A stretch of 21,614 nt of DNA, taken from Octopus sinensis (taxonomy: Eukaryota). The notes under the pieces are model-generated. The model worked only from the letters and a program-made list of their open reading frames with translations, was not told where the DNA came from and searched no databases. Numbering within the stretch: position 1 is the stretch's first letter; each line of letters opens with the position of its first letter. The position numbers and the translations under genes are program-made. Below are positions 19,711 to 21,614 of this stretch, one piece after another. The stretch covers positions 1-21,614 of the forward strand of contig NW_021823711.1 in assembly GCF_006345805.1 (NCBI RefSeq). The letters run 5' to 3'.

Positions 19711-20608
19711 CTCGATGAAGACGTCCTTTAGTTTGAAGTTCCAATGAATAGCGCTGCAATCAATGGACCAAATCCGCTTTTCGCGGAAGTCCAGTTTTAC
19801 GTGAGTAAGAAAATCGATATTTTATCATCTGGTAGATACAGGGATATGTTTGAGCTCATGAAACTCAGATTAGCAATACTTTTATCTATTCATGGACTTT
19901 ATCTTACCTGTCTGTCTAATTAGTGGGCCTCAGACGTTCTATCAAGTGAATATTTGCTCCAAAATGGCCTCAGGAATTTCCCATAATTCCAAAGATGGAT
20001 GTAAGCAGAGCAGAATTCTCAAGCAAATCAACGGTTGAAATGTGTTCACCATTTCAGTTGCAGGTACAATATTTTGATCGTCTATACGTCGTCGAATCCC
20101 CCTTTCTATAAACATACAACGTAACCCCGGCCAGGGGGTGGGAGATTCTCCCGAATACTACGCTGTGTGATTGAATCCTGTATAGTGCGGCCTTACAGTA
20201 CTACACCAGTATTTATCTTGAGAAATACCAAAGCTTGACCATTCGGTTAAGCATGAGCAACACAAAGACATATTTTAAATCATGGTATGAGACAACAGTT
20301 TTTTGCACAGGTGTGGTAATGATGGGTGCCTCTTGCAGCAGGTGTTCAAATATCTTACCGCCCTCGCTGACTTACGCATTCATTCCATCACGATAGTTTT
20401 CATTACATGTTTTGCCTTTCTCGGCTTCAACCTACATAGATTTAACTCATAAAGGAGATATTAACAGAGATGTTAAAATATCAAAATGATGCTGAAGTCT
20501 GAAGGTTATTAAGCGAAGAAAGAACTTGATAGGGCCAATCCCTCTCTCTGAGAAACATTCGCTTTTGAAGAAGAAAGAAAAAAACTAGTGTACACTATTC
20601 TCCTAACG

Positions 20609-20828
20609 CAACGGTTCTCAACCGGACTCCATAAAAGGTTTTGATGCCAATATTGCACTGCAATTAAATGGTTTTACTTCAACAAATCACATCATATTTT
20701 ATCAAATTTTAAATACGATTTTTAATTAAAAATAGGATCTTTTAAAACATCGAATAGCTTGGGGGATCTATCCGGATTAAAATAGGAATCAAAGAGACCC
20801 ATAGTCAAAAAATGGTTGAGAACCACTG
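20609..20828. mobile_element. hAT (Charlie-like) MITE, 220 bp
   Basis: TIRs CAACGGTTCTCAACC / CAGTGGTTCTCAACC (13/15). 8-bp TSD TCCTAACG / TCTTAAGG (6/8). Confidence 0.8.
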
Positions 20829-21019
20829 TCTTAAGGAAAATTCTAAAGGAAGACGAGCTGTCTCGCAATTGGCTGAATGATAAATTACTAAATTGGACGG
20901 TTCTCTAGCAAAAGCTTGATTCCGTTCCGCAGTGTGTCCAGAGAAAACGAAAAAACAAGACGGACGTTCGACAGGTTGCATTGAATTGTATGTTACCAAT
21001 GGCATTAAGAGTCACCCAA

Positions 21020-21355
21020 CATACACACACATATATATATATATGGACGCACACACACACACACACATGTACATACATATATGTATGCACATAAATACAA
21101 TCATATACAAATACAATTGCATACATGCATACAGACACATCCACACACGCACACACACACATATACATACATGCACATATGCACATACCTATGTATGCAT
21201 ACACGGAATATGCGCTCAGTGTGTGTGTGTGCCTGCGTGTGCGTCTGTGAGTGCGCGTGCTTGCGTGTGTGTGCGTGTGTGCATAACATGGTGTACTACA
21301 GATATATATGCTTACTTGCATTTACACTCACAGAATTACACACACACACACACAA
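21020..21355. repeat. Complex (CA)n/(CATA)n/(GT)n low-complexity block
   Basis: Direct reading. It accounts for all the long ORFs in this interval. Confidence 0.95.
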
Positions 21356-21396
21356 ACCTAAGTCCGTTTATTTCTTTTTCTTTATATATATATATA

Positions 21397-21520
21397 TCCT
21401 TTCGGGGTCGATAATTAAAGTACCAGTTTCGCACTGGGGTCGATGTAATCGACTTAATCCGTTTGTCTGTCCTTGTTTGTCCCCTCTATGTTTAGCTCCT
21501 TGTGGGAAATAAAGAAAAAA
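21397..21520 (+). mobile_element. SINE family B, 5'-truncated
   Basis: ATCCTTTCGGGGTCGATAATTAAAGTACCAG...GTTTGTCTGTCCTTGTTTGTCCCCTCT...AATAAAGAAAAAA. Confidence 0.9.
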
Positions 21521-21614
21521 AAAAATATATATATATATATATAATGTTACCTCGTGTGTACGTTGGCGATTTTTTTCCATTTGTCTTCCCTTCTCTGGAT
21601 CTTTTCTTCTCCTA

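Noticed and set aside
19712-20340. Possible PLE reverse transcriptase upstream of the GIY-YIG region
   Set aside because: No YVDD/YxDD or QxxGxxMG motifs in any minus frame, and the weak DFL and YRK-like words are in the wrong order.
20311-20396. + strand peptide GVVMMGASCSRCS resembling the class C GPCR ligand-binding domain
   Set aside because: A stop follows within ~20 codons, there is no donor site, and the similarity is limited to a few residues.
2092-21580. Long ORFs rich in YI/HT/CV dipeptides in the supplied track
   Set aside because: They are translations of (TA)n, (CA)n and (GT)n arrays or SINE sequence, with no domain content.

Overview
Eukaryotic, AT-rich DNA dense in microsatellites and repeats. 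The SINE heads and tails and the (TA)n/(CA)n/(TATG)n load look like a cephalopod (Octopus-type) intron or intergenic region; this assignment is by recognition and was not checked against a database. No intact protein-coding gene can be supported. The supplied ORFs are read-throughs of microsatellites or SINEs. The window is a mosaic of mobile elements: three tRNA-headed SINE families (here A, B, C, about 20 copies or fragments); a pogo/Tigger-type MITE containing a DINE-1/HINE-like (Helentron-type) element, with a second inverted copy of the latter; a non-autonomous Helitron (A|TC...CTAG|T); an internally deleted mariner; a hAT MITE; and Penelope-like retroelement (PLE) remains, including a degenerate GIY-YIG endonuclease region. 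Three observations stand out. (1) There are three clear and one possible hammerhead-ribozyme motifs, each with core substitutions, and the three clear ones lie in PLE-like segments bounded by (TA)n arrays. (2) The loop of the 5' hairpin is flipped (AGCG vs CGCT) between the two Helentron-type copies. (3) Abutting inverted SINE pairs could form long dsRNA.
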